A DNA stretch of 64,000 nt, taken from NCBI RefSeq assembly GCF_964194025.1, contig NC_134469.1:38378001-38442000 (forward strand), read 5' to 3'. Shown here in pieces: positions 26,701 to 38,100 of this stretch (its first letter is position 1; every line of letters begins with the position of its first letter). A model generated the notes under the pieces. The model was not told the DNA's origin and made no database searches. It saw only the letters and a program-made list of their open reading frames with translations. The DNA is from Convolutriloba macropyga. Taxonomy: Eukaryota. The position numbers and the translations under genes were made by a program.

Positions 26701-27080
26701 TATCTGATGCTTTAAACACAATAAAATTATATTGTTAAATACTTTTCAATAGCCTTCATGAACAAATTAGACAGTGAAAAGTTAATCAGTGAGAACAGTA
26801 TCGAAAAACCACATGAAGAACAATTTTTGCAAAAATTTGTTTTCTCTCACGCTTCCTTGTAGTGTTTTACGTCCAAAACTGTTTTGGATAAATGTACTAC
26901 TTTAGCGTGAACCATATTATGTTCGAAAAAGACTGCGAAAAGATTTCTATTTATGCAAAATCTCTGAGCAGATCTTTAAAAAAAGTGCCGCTGAAATAAG
27001 ATCTAACTTTTATGAATTATGAGCTTAGTGTTATCTAACATAGTAGATATTGCAGCTTGCAACTTTTTGTACTGCTTTTT
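20190..27080. repeat. Tandem segmental duplication: copy 1 about 20190-22760, copy 2 about 22779-27080 with an extra 1.73 kb
   Basis: 20190-21525 = 22779-24115 (identical ORFs at 20307 and 22895, offset 2588). 21526-22760 = 25846-27080 (offset about 4320). 24116-25845 is absent from copy 1. Confidence 0.95.
25227..25889. mobile_element. Foldback/MITE-like element with about 280-bp inverted arms
   Basis: 25227-25502 is the reverse complement of about 25600-25889. Termini are GGGGCGTTTCAAAT...ATTTGAAACGCCCC, with a spacer of about 100 bp. No TSD seen. Confidence 0.85.
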
Positions 27081-28290
27081 TTTCACTGGTGCATTATGAA
27101 ACAAACTTCAACAGAAAACAAGCTCAATCTAGCAGAATTTACGATCAAACAAAAACTCGTAAAATTTATCTGGATTTTTTTAATCTCGAGGTTGCAATAA
27201 ACACTACCTAAGGTACAACCAATTTATGGCCGATGCTCAGTCAATTTTGCTTCTGAGCCAAGCTTTGCCATACTTTTTTTGTAATTTTTTAGTCGATATG
27301 TGTTATTGTTCTTGATACTACTAAAATTTCCTGAACGATTAATCAATTCAGAAAGATCTCGAATGTTGTCGTCATTTTTTCAAAATCTTAATATTTTTTT
27401 ACAATTTGGATAGTTTTTTACATTGTAGCAAGTTTTTTACAAAACTTGCTACAATGGGCAAAAAAGTGGGCGCAAAATTTATCTCAATTTTTTTAAACAC
27501 CTCAAACATGTTTTTCATTTCTTGATAGTAACAATGCTTGAAAGATAACATTGCTGTTCTTCTGACTCTTTTAGCCAAACTTGGTAAAAATTTACTCTAA
27601 ATTGGCTAAATGCTGCTAACATTTTCTTTTTTGTAATTTCTAATTTAGGAAGGTATTTTATGTAAAACTTTGCCGAAATTCAAACAAAATAGACATGAAT
27701 TGCTTTCATTTTTTTTTCAAAAAAAAACTGTTTGCAAAAAAATCTTAAATTACTCTCCGTAGTGAAATTTTAGACGCAGAGAGCTTTTATTTGATAGCAC
27801 GAATGTTAGTCTGCGATGCTCTAAAAAGATCAAAAAGTTTACGAACAAAAAAATGGGCCTAGCATAAAGTTCTCCCATTTTTCAAGAATATGGGAACACT
27901 TAGCATCCTTCAATTTGCAATTGGAGGTTCCTTTCCTTGACTCACGGCACCGTCTCTAATATAGTAGTGACAAAAGCTAGCGAGGCTCAATGCGGGAATT
28001 GATCGCAAAAACTAACCACCGAATATTTTGTTGATAAAACAAATGTACTGCAGTTTTGCTTCATAACATGAAATCAAAAATTACTTTTTATGATAAAAGT
28101 TAAATGTTTTTAATATTTTCATCTGTTTAGTTGAGGGTTTTTGTTTTAGTTTCATTTGTGTGTCTGTACTTGAAAAATTGATCAATATATGTCTGATGAC
28201 TACTTATATACCCGCACTTATTGGCGGATACTTAATTATGCTGCTAAGTACTTAGCACTTAGTAGCAAGCAGTGTTTCCTATAAACTTTT

Positions 28291-29349
28291 GGGGTCCTTC
28301 GCATTATACCCCCTCCCCTTTTAGTGATCATGGCCATATAACGGTATAGCCCGCAATTATGAAAAAAAACATACCATAGGAGAGGGCTATAATTTTGTGG
28401 GCAGCTATAATGGGAAAGATCTTTCGTAGCTTAGATCAATTGGATAGCACTGAGCTCTGTGATGACATATTTAGTTCAGATAGGCGAAAGAAGAAGGCTT
28501 TTGTCGTTTAACACATGGAAACATCATTATTGACATGTTTGTGGCTATATGTTCTGTTTTCCTAAAAATTGAGTATAACAATTGCCAGCTCTTGAGCTCT
28601 TGAGAATCTGTTCTATAATTTAATTGTTTCCGCAAAAAAACAGGCTCAATTTTGTTGCTGAATTCGGTAAGCAAGCAGTGGTTTTTTTTTTGGGGGGGGG
28701 GGGGGGGTGGAAGGTTCACGTGCGGAAAAAATGCTATTTCTCCGTTGTTCAACTATAATATCAAAAGTCTTGTACCTGCACGTTTTGGTTATCATTTACT
28801 TATTTGAAGAGTGGGCGAACAGATATGTTTCGTCGAAAACAGTGCCGTTAACGACCACCCAGTTACTATCTCTTTGATGAAGAAATTGTGCATGAACTTG
28901 AAGGGTGTAAAATTTTTCCGCCAACTAAGCTCTGGGGAGAAAGAGAAGGGGGGGGGGAATAGATCAATTTTTGCTTTCCCATTTTCGCATAACTTTCGCG
29001 CCCTCGGGTGCCCGAATTTTTATTTTGGGTCTTTCCCATCATAGCCCTCATTTCAGAAAGATGTTTTCCGTTTGTGACCCTCCCCCCAGCTTAATGGGTG
29101 CATATTATTTGCACCCCCCCCCCCCCCCCGACTCACGTGCCATATTTTTACATTATGATTTACTTTGTAATGACACGTGCGCTGTAACTGGGGGTTGCAT
29201 GACACGTGCGCTGAGAGGGGGTACAAACGTAAAAGATCCCATAATTTGCAGCTCTTTCCCATTATAGCCAGAGCCCCCCCCCCCCCATCTTAGTGGTCAT
29301 AAAAGTATTTACCCCAATCATTGTACGGGGGCATAATCAGAAAGACCCT
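28291..29349. mobile_element. Putative non-autonomous DNA transposon with repeated GGTCTTTCCCATTATAGCCC motif and G/C homopolymers
   Basis: Motif in + orientation at about 28292, 29028 and 29251, and in - orientation at about 28403, 29328 and 47110. G16, G10, C16 and C13 runs inside. Confidence 0.5.
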
Positions 29350-30083
29350 AATTGGCAACCTCAAATTCATAAAAACATGGGAGCAGAATAGATCCAAACA
29401 GTATAATGTAACAGTCTAATTCAAATTAGTCATGTTTGTTTTGTACCTCTGACCTTTGTATTTTGAAGTTGATGACCTTGAATAAAGAATTGACTTTGAC
29501 CCATTCTTTTTCAATTTAAATGGACACATGCAAAATTCTTCGTTGCAGCTAGCGCCAAAAAACTTAAAAACTTAGCTTTTATAATTACATGCGAAGGTCA
29601 TCTAAAAACTCGCGAGACTGGAACAGTCTGTCCAAGGACGATCGATGTTTCAAACAGGCCCGTGGTTCTGAATACGCAAAAGTTAGATCCACCTCTTCGC
29701 CATATTTTTAACATTTTAATATTGAGCCTCTTTTTGACCTTCCGAGAATTGATCACCATCTTTATTATTTTTTTTAGCACAACGACCTGATACAACCTGT
29801 CACAAGATTATGGCCTTATTGGGAATTTGACCGAGAATTTTGCCCATTATTTATCAGCCAACTCTCCGATCCCAAACCTTGAAAAGGGTTTTTAATTTGT
29901 TTCAAGGTCATCTCAGGTGACCTTTTTTATTTGACGTATCATTGGGACAAAGACTTACAGCATCGTGAACATTTTCCTGCGGGAATCTTGAAAAGGAAAA
30001 ATCTACGATTTATTCACACAACAAAGAAAGCGAATATAAATTAGACTATTCGATTAAAATTTGAAGCCGCATCACTTCAATCG

Positions 30084-32150
30084 ATGGAGGAGCAAATCCG
30101 ACAATCTAACAGGGAGCTAATTGCTTTGAGTAGATTACCCGCGGCTCTACCTGGGAACGAAATTCCAAATGTTCAAAACCCATTCGACCCTGGACATGTG
30201 AATAAAGAAACACAAGAACTACTGAAACGCTTGGCAGCAACTCAAGAACGTCAGAACGCACTGGCGTTATCATTTGGAGGGACCAGTTCAAGTCATCATG
30301 GGTCGCCAGGTGCAAATATTGGACCTCTATCCAGTCCCGTAATGCGAACCCATTATTCGCCGCATCCAAGAACAAGTAACACAGCTGAAATAGAACACAG
30401 CAGGTTGGTTGATAACGGTCGGGCACTTGAATCTCAGCCGGACAACTTACTAACTGCGGTTAACACAAGGAGGAACCTTCAAATGATCTCACCAACTGAA
30501 CTGGGGCAAAGATCGCCAAATTTTGGGGGATTTGGAACACTAAACACTTCGGGGAGGACTCCCGCTGGACTTTTGACGTCACAGCAACAAGTTGCTCAGT
30601 TGTCGCAAGATATATCACTGAGGAACTCTTTGCTTCGTGTCTCCGAATTGTCAAACGTTGGCTTGAACAACGCCGCACTTACATCGGCTCTGCAGGAGAC
30701 ATTTCTACGATCTCTCAACGGTGCTCACAATCCGATTGAAAACTCTAGAATGGCACATGCCAACGGAATAGATCCTAATCAAGCTTTGACGACAAGTGTT
30801 CAGACCTCGTATCTGAACCAGCTGTTAATACCCCACATCCTGGCCGCACAAGCTCAAGCTCTTGCAGTGAACTCAAGACCTCACGTTTCTTCCAACCACA
30901 GCATACCCCCAATGCCAGCTTTGTTGTCATCTACAAATATTGCAGCCCAGAGCAGCAGCATTAGTCCAGCTATAGGTGCGTCAAACGGTCCACCCAATAA
31001 CCTTATTAACTTAGCGAGTTCAAAGCCCCCAAATGGCGTGTCTCTTATTGCGCAACAGAACCCTTTACTCATGCAGAGTTTGACAACCCGCTCACAACCC
31101 ATAATTGTTAGCAACAACTGCTCTACATCCAGAAGAATTACAAATATATCCCCAGTGTCGGAGCCAGAAAACGAATCGAACTTGATAGACCTGTCAGATA
31201 AAGATCCCATTGCAGTATCAAGTATGCATGTTATCAGTGCAGGCCAAAAGAGCGCAGAGCCATCTATAGGAGGACCAGTAGAAGAGAAATATGATGTGCC
31301 ACTGATCGTGGGTGAAATGCGACGACCCTCCGACCCAGTTGTAAACGGACTTGAAACTTCAGGCAACTCCAAAAAGATTACCGATTTCAACTCAAACCCT
31401 CAAGGACTGCTTGTTCCTGCCCCTGTGAATACGGACCTTCTGAGCACAGTGTCAAAAAAGCAGAATGAATGTGAACAAGAATCTTCAAAACCTGAAAAAG
31501 ACACCCTTGTTGCCATTATCCAAAAGAATATAATGGGGCAGCTTCATAGCAACAGGCGAAATTCTATTATTGAAAGCAACCGAAGTATGAGCAATTTGCT
31601 GACAAATGAGACCTCAAAATTGCCAACACAGAAACCATCGACGGATACAAGATTGCAAAGCTCTGATGTCGTTGAAACCTCAAGTTCAAACAATTCGGAC
31701 AGTGGATCCAATCCACTCGACACCTTGTTCAAAGGCTCTCCTGGTTTTGTCAATGTTAAGGGTGCGAGAAAACGAAAGCATAGACCACGTGAAACAGTTA
31801 GTGCCGCCGATATTTTTAACGATGACTCGTCCAGAAGCGGAAACAGCACACCACAAGTACAACATGGTCTTCAGACATCATCGCCGGCACCGAATCGTGA
31901 TGAGAACACCTTGATATCGGCTTTGGCCGCTGACAATGGTTACAGAGTATCGGCTATCTTGGGGTCCTCTTCCACTGCATCTGAGGGTTCAACAACCTCT
32001 TCTTCTAACTGTCCCTCTGTTGTCGATAGTGGTAACAAACAACAGCTGCATGTCAATTTGAAGAAGAATTGGGCTGTTCAGTACCAAAAGCAAGAGACGA
32101 TGCCAGATGTTGAGGCTTCCCAAGGACAAGATAACAATGAGAACTCACAG
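30084..32150 (+). CDS. KDM3: KDM3 coding exon 1 (low-complexity N-terminus)
   Basis: Long S/N/Q/P-rich ORF with an LKKNW motif near its end. Donor CAG|gtagca at 32150/32151 is phase 0 and fits the next acceptor. Confidence 0.75.
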
Positions 32151-35100
32151 GTAGCAAGAGGCAAAAGATTGGTGCCTGTTTCCTCTCTCCACTCCCGTGA
32201 CCTAATTCTTCGCTTTCACAAGCATGTGAATAGGCTTTTACCGATCTTAAAAATAAAAGGTAGAACTGGTTATTCCAACACATGTAGGGTAAAAGTGCCA
32301 CCATACCCAATGCCACATGCCAAAACACCCTATTCCAAAATAACCAATGTGTCAAAATCATCCGGTATACAATTGTCATATAGCCGTCAATTATTTTGAG
32401 TTGGGGTGGAAATGGTTGATTGCATTTTTTTATTTCCAATATTTTGGAACTTAGCGGTTTTTAAACTCGACAAATGTAATAAAAAGTGATGACTTCGTAG
32501 GTAAAAAGGAGAAGGGGGCAAAACTGCAAGCAAGTAGCTTTTTGTAGCCACTTTTCAGATGTAAACGGATCGACTCTTGTCAAAGTGTAAAAATTTTTAC
32601 AGAGTGGCTGCAAGAAACTCAAAATGAGTGGTGGAACAGCACTTACTCAGCAGCAGACTGGGGTAATGATTGTTTCCCAATCAGGTGGGGCAGGCAAAAG
32701 TGGAAGTCGCAGGTCCAGCAGGGAGACTATCCCCGTCAGTGACATTTTCATCAAAGACAAGGACAAGACAGAAACAGTTAACTCTGGTTTTCCCCACTAC
32801 CAACAGAGTCACAGTAGACTCCCACTTCAAAGTGGATCTGTAAGTTGAATTTAAGCAGTTGACCCAATGGAACTTAACTCGCCCGCTTCGAAACAAGCTT
32901 TTGTTTTCACGAATATTTTTGCTCAACCCTCCTAACATAGTAATAGACATCAGAAACGGGATAAACTGGTAAAACCAAGGGCAACAGCTCTCTTAGAAGC
33001 ATAGAAGCAACAGCTCGAAGAAGCGTAAATTTATGGTGTGAATGGCAGTTTCGGATTTGACAGGTTTTGTACAACTTAAACTCTTTGATGTTGATCTAGC
33101 CTGACTCCTCAAGTGGGTGTGTGAAGTCGGCTGATGTCATCGGTGCTTACCTCCAGTCCGATACCTGTTGCGTCATCACTCCCAAACCGAACTTAATGTG
33201 TCGAGACTGCCGGGCACGAGGCACAAACACAGGCGGATCAAATACCCAGGCATCATCGTCCACTGGGAAGAACAGCTCGCGATGTAACAGCACAGGCAAA
33301 ACTGCGTGTCGTTTCTCGTGTTTCCGGAAGCTAAAGAACTCTAAAAATAAATATCCATCAGTCGTAGGGTTCTTGCAAGCCGATCTGGATTCTACTGAAG
33401 AGGATTTGGTCATGTGGAAAGTATTGGAGACAAATTTTGAGACGTTGAGTTTAGCAGCTCAGGGTGTGACGCAGTATTCCGAGTTCAAAGAGTACCGCAA
33501 GGTGGCCTCTAGGCCTGACAAAGCCATCTTCAGAATTGAGCAGATTGCCAACTTTCTTTGTTCTATCATCCACCGAGAGCAGTTGGTGTACAATGCATAT
33601 CGGGAGCCAGGTATTCAAAATCAAGTTTGATTTAAATATTTGATTGCTTGAATTGTGACCACTTACTTTGACTTAATTCGTGACGTTCATCGTACATGAA
33701 ATAAGTTGTTTAGAGAACAACTGCCCAAAAAGTGCGCCTAATTTGTGTGCGTCATTCTACGCATAAGTTTATGAAATTTAGAGAACGTTGTCATGTTTTC
33801 AGAACTTTTAAACAGTGAATGTCAGTCACTCTGTACGCTATCTGACTGTTTCATTTCTTATTGCAAAGTTTTTACGTTAACAGCCGGAAAAAGTATAATT
33901 TTTGTGTTAATATACAACACTTTACCAGGAATGTTAAGCATTCAAAGCATCGTTGTCGCGTGGTTTTCAAAAAAAATGTCTAACCAGAAATTGTCACTAT
34001 TTAAACTGTGACTATGCGCGTTTGTAACTGGGAAGTGATTTCAGTGCACTGGAAGCGATTTGTGGGAGGGTGTAGGGAGATGTGCGATATCTGTTCCACC
34101 TCCGTGTTCAATTTGCACTGGATGTGTCCCAAGTGTGGACTTGCAGTGTGCCTGGACTGCTATGACTGTTATGCAGAATCTAAACTGGACCAGGGAATCC
34201 TGGGAACTGCAGAGACACAGCAAGATAGGCAGGGCAGGGTCTGGCTAAAGTGCACTAAAGTGCCACACGTCAGGGAGTGTCTCAAACTGGTACACTTCAT
34301 CCCCGTCACGTGTTTGGATAATCTGCTTAAGGATTTGCATCTGGAATGCAAGAGATGGGGCATTTACCACCAGTGTCAGGTATGAAGAATCTTTTTTGAA
34401 TGCCTCCTTGTAAGACAGTCTAAACGGAAGCACACGAATAAGACAACTGTCTTCACACTCGCTGTTATTGTCTTATTGACACAATGCTGAAGCCAGTGGA
34501 CCACGCCATCTTAGTTCTTCTAATAGCCTAAAAGTGACAGCTGTTTAAAAGTATCCATTTTTTGAAACTTTTTTTTACCTTTACTAAATTGCATCTTTTA
34601 AGTTACTGAACAACTGTTTGATTGGCGGAAGAGATAAACCTTGCGCATCTAATTAACTTGGGTTAAAATGAGATCTTTTTTAGTTGTTGCAAAACGTGGA
34701 CAATGACAAGTTCCCGACATTGAACTGTCTGATGGACCAACATAACGGAGAACAGTTGGTATTCCAGTCTGCAACGCGGCCCGCGAAATCCTTCTCTCCA
34801 ATGTGTGCAGTGACCTCAACGTCCTCGCCTTCCCCACCGGCCAATCCCATGGATGTGATGGAACTTGGGATTGCAGACGCACTCCCTGATGTCTCTATGG
34901 GCTCAGCTGAGGACCACACGGGAGAAGCATCACGTGATCAATCGGATACCCCAAAACCAGCTAAAATAGCTCAGTCCAGTGCAGTCGCAGAAATTAACTG
35001 CACATCAGCTGATCAACTTACTCCTAATCATTCACCTGAGATCAAAGTTGAAGACAACTCAATAGCTTTGAAAGATGAACCACTAGACGCCAAGGACCCA

Positions 35101-38100
35101 GAGACTAAATTTTTGGGTGGTTCTCAAGTTCCACAGCACGTGCCAACGAAATCGTTCGTTGGTGGCACTAAAGGCAGCTCTGAGTTTGACATTGATGCTA
35201 ATTTCAAACGTCGCAGGTCGCTTAACAGCTTCATTGACAAACTGGTAGAATCAAGTCTAAACAACCCGATTGTTGACGCAAAAATATCGAGAGAAGAGTA
35301 CCTACGACTGCTTAAACTGTCAACAATCATGGAAACAAAATTCCCGAGAAACTGGGAACTGGGACTCAAAGAACCAGAGAGCGCACATGGAAGAGTCCAG
35401 GAGCAGCCATCGACTACAGAGAAAGTGCACTCGGACTACGTCATTGCACTGCGGGAGAAAGCTAAGAACATATCACGAGGAAAAGTGATGCAATTTGAAT
35501 GCAGTCAAATTTCCCACGTGGAGCAGGCACAATTTTCCGTTGAATGGCGCATGAACAGGGTTTGTATTGGAGCTGGCTTTTAATGAATTGGAGTTCTTTG
35601 AATTGTACGTCAGGACTTGTCCTGCTATGTTTTTTTATTTCGTTTTTATTTTTTTATTTAACTTTAAAACCAGGAGGCTCCTTATTGTGCGTTTGCAAAT
35701 GAATTGGTTTCTGAAGATATTTAAAACTATAAGAGTCCTCTGGAAAAAGAAATAGTAACGATGTAATGACAAGCAGGATTCTTAGTTTTACTCAGGCTTA
35801 AAAACTAACGAAAGACACAGGTCTGAAAAAATCATTTCGACAAAGAAACTCAATACAATGAATAATGGTAGAAAATAGAATTCGATGTGAAAAAAATAAT
35901 TGCATAAAAGTTTTGCTTCTTTGGATAACAGAGCCAGAAATTGTAAGACTCGCTATGATTTCAGTACATTATTATGACGTACAAAAATCACACTTTCTCC
36001 AGAATTCAAGAATTTTAACGGATTGCTTATAAGTTTGCTCAGAATTCTATCCATTAGGTAGCGATTGAACACATAAAATAAGAGCAGTCAAATGAAAGGC
36101 ATATTTTCTATTCCCTTAACATCAAATTTTAAAGTTTAATATAAAAAATTTTTAAATTTTTTTTTTTTTGAAATTTTGGAGTCTTATCACTTTGTGTCAA
36201 TAATGACAGGTTCAATTTACGTACCAAGGTGTTACAATTTAATATATCCGATTTTTTTCTGTGAAAATCACAGTTGATGCGACCTAAAATATTTTTTTTC
36301 AAAAACAAAAAGTGTTTTCTGTCAACTTGTGTTTTCTGTTCTGGATTTTCTGTCAAATTGTTGCTTAGTCTCAGCATACTCGCATCTTTTTTAGTGAAAT
36401 ACAACTTAGTGTTCAGTGCGTTTTATGTTGTGGGCGCGTTTTGGGCTTTGATTTTAGCAAACTACAATAATGGCGTTGAAAGAAGGCGAAATTGAACGTA
36501 TTTAATGTTTTTGGTGAAAATATTATGGTTAGAACGACTTCGACACCGTTCTCTAGCAAAATTTAATTGATCTTTTTGATGATTGTATAATATATGGCCT
36601 ATATTATATTCGTATCTTTTCATTTGTTGTATAACATGTTCTTGATGATGACAGGTCTTGAGTGGTTTTGTATGGAAGTATAAATGAACCTCTTTGATTA
36701 TTTCTTGACTGTCAATATAAAGGTTTCATAAAAATCATTTAGAAATTTGCCACCTTTAATCTTATTTCTGTCATGTAGCTGCGTCAAATTCATGACAGAC
36801 CGGGTCCTTTTTCTGTTGAGCATTTGCCGTATTTGAGTATGTGTGTCTTGTCCAATTAACACACTAAAGACAGGTTCCCTTGGCATTAGCACGTTTTAAT
36901 TGAATTTTATCGTTAACGTTGTTCATTGTCTCAATTGTAAGACATTCTGACGTTCTGGATGATGGCAGATCTCAATGGCTTCCAAGGAGGCATAAGTGAG
37001 CATTTTGAAAGAATTCAATTGACAGCTGATGTTTTTCATGACTTCAAAATTAATTCTTTTCATAAAATATAAAAGGTATTTTTTAACTTTGCCCCTTTCT
37101 TTATTGTCTACTTGCTGTTTGTTGTTATTTGATTTCATTGCTTTTGTCTCGAAGTCTCATTAATGGGGAAAAATCATCCGGCCTCTAATGTGGCATCATT
37201 TAATTGTTTTGATGGTTTGAATTTAGAGCTAATTTTTTTTAATAGCCGCACAGCGATAGCTGGGGCTATTATTGGCCTTCTCTTGTTTTTTACAATTCAA
37301 AGAATTTGAATTGTATTGGGGCGCTGTCTTTTAAGATCTGTTCACACATTTTCATGATTTTTGAAGTCAAATTGGAGTAGTGATTTTGGTCACGCCGAAA
37401 CAGGAAATGGAGCGAAAAAGCGAGTGGTTTTGCGGCGTGAAATTTTTTCGCTCTAATTTTAAAGTAGAGTGAGAATACGGTGTTTGAACAAAAATTCGCT
37501 TTATCGGTAGTGGTTTTTTGTTCACATGCGGCAATTTCACTTTGATATTTGCTGTTTTTTCGATTTTTTGGATCGGATTTTTTTCTAAATGGTTTTTCCA
37601 ATCCATTCATAGTCCGTTCTAGGTCTAGTTTTCTGCTTAGTCAATGAAAATTCTTTGAATTGTACGTCAGGACTTGTCCTGCTATGTTTTTTTATTTCGT
37701 TTTTATTTTTTTATTTAACTTTAAAACCAGGAGGCTCCTTATTGTGCGTTTGCAAATGAATTGGTTTCTGAAGATATTTAAAACTATAAGAGTCCTCTGG
37801 AAAAAGAAATAGTAACGATGTAATGACAAGCAGGATTCTTAGTTTTACTCAGGCTTAAAAACTAACGAAAGACACAGGTCTGAAAAAATCATTTCGACAA
37901 AGAAACTCAATACAATGAATAATGGTAGAAAATAGAATTCGATGTGAAAAAAATAATTGCATAAAAGTTTTGCTTCTTTGGATAACAGAGCCAGAAATTG
38001 TAAGACTCGCTATGATTTCAGTACATTATTATGACGTACAAAAATCACACTTTCTCCAGAATTCAAGAATTTTAACGGATTGCTTATAAGTTTGCTCAGA

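Noticed and set aside
32151-32399. 771-aa ORF as a standalone single-exon gene
   Set aside because: A phase-0 donor at 32151 links in frame to the downstream KDM3 exons, so the tail is likely intron read-through. This needs RNA confirmation.
30106-35488. Antisense and alternate-frame ORFs over KDM3 exons
   Set aside because: They are shadows of higher-GC coding sequence and carry no motifs.
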